Assembly: GCA_030390025.1 (NCBI GenBank)
Contig: CM059432.1
Location: forward strand, 55,492,001 to 55,556,000
DNA length: 64,000 nucleotides
Origin: Squalus acanthias
Lineage: Eukaryota
Direction of reading: 5' to 3'
The translations under genes and the position numbers were made by a program. The notes below the pieces were generated by a model, which was not told the DNA's origin, did no database searches, and saw only the letters and a program-made list of their open reading frames with translations. This document shows, piece after piece, positions 63,747 to 64,000 of the stretch. Numbering within the stretch: the first letter of the stretch is position 1; every line of letters begins with the position of its first letter.

Positions 63747-64000
63747 ATAGGAACAGCTGGGGATTTGTACATTTTTTTTAAAGTAGCTCCCTCAATAGCT
63801 TAGTTGGGTAACTGCACAGCCCCACGTCAAACTGATCTGTATCAAATAAGGAACTAGAACAGCGTAACTAGAGTCTGCCTGGGTGGAAAAGCTGGGTGGG
63901 GAGCTATTCCCTGCGGGTCCTGTTATTTCCAGGATTTTCATGTGAAATGACATGGGACGTAGAATATGGCCGTCCTTATATGGGCGGATGTATTGAAATG

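Overview
Eukaryotic (vertebrate) DNA; the repeat content (CR1, Penelope, DeuSINE-type SINEs, Harbinger) suggests a cartilaginous fish, which is inference. The whole window lies inside one minus-strand gene, GREB1L. I resolved 16 internal coding exons (62167 down to 2059) with GT-AG boundaries and consistent phases, about 2815 nt or 938 codons in one open frame; start and stop codons lie outside the window. The introns are dominated by transposons: many CR1 LINE pieces (one near full length), L2 and other LINE tails, tRNA-derived SINEs, hAT, Tigger-like and Kolobok-like MITEs, and two clear Penelope-like elements. There is also a PIF/Harbinger system: a fossil two-gene element (Myb/SANT plus DDE transposase), two more transposase remnants, and at least ten non-autonomous elements with GGG/GGC termini and mostly 3-bp TSDs. 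Highlights: a 213-bp-arm Penelope palindrome carrying a minimal hammerhead ribozyme that is intact antisense to GREB1L but core-mutated in the sense arm; a five-copy hairpin-rich Harbinger MITE family that forms inverted pairs next to and across exons; a CR1 insertion 16 nt from a splice acceptor; and a possibly extra GREB1L exon. All family and gene names are from recognition by eye; no searches were run.
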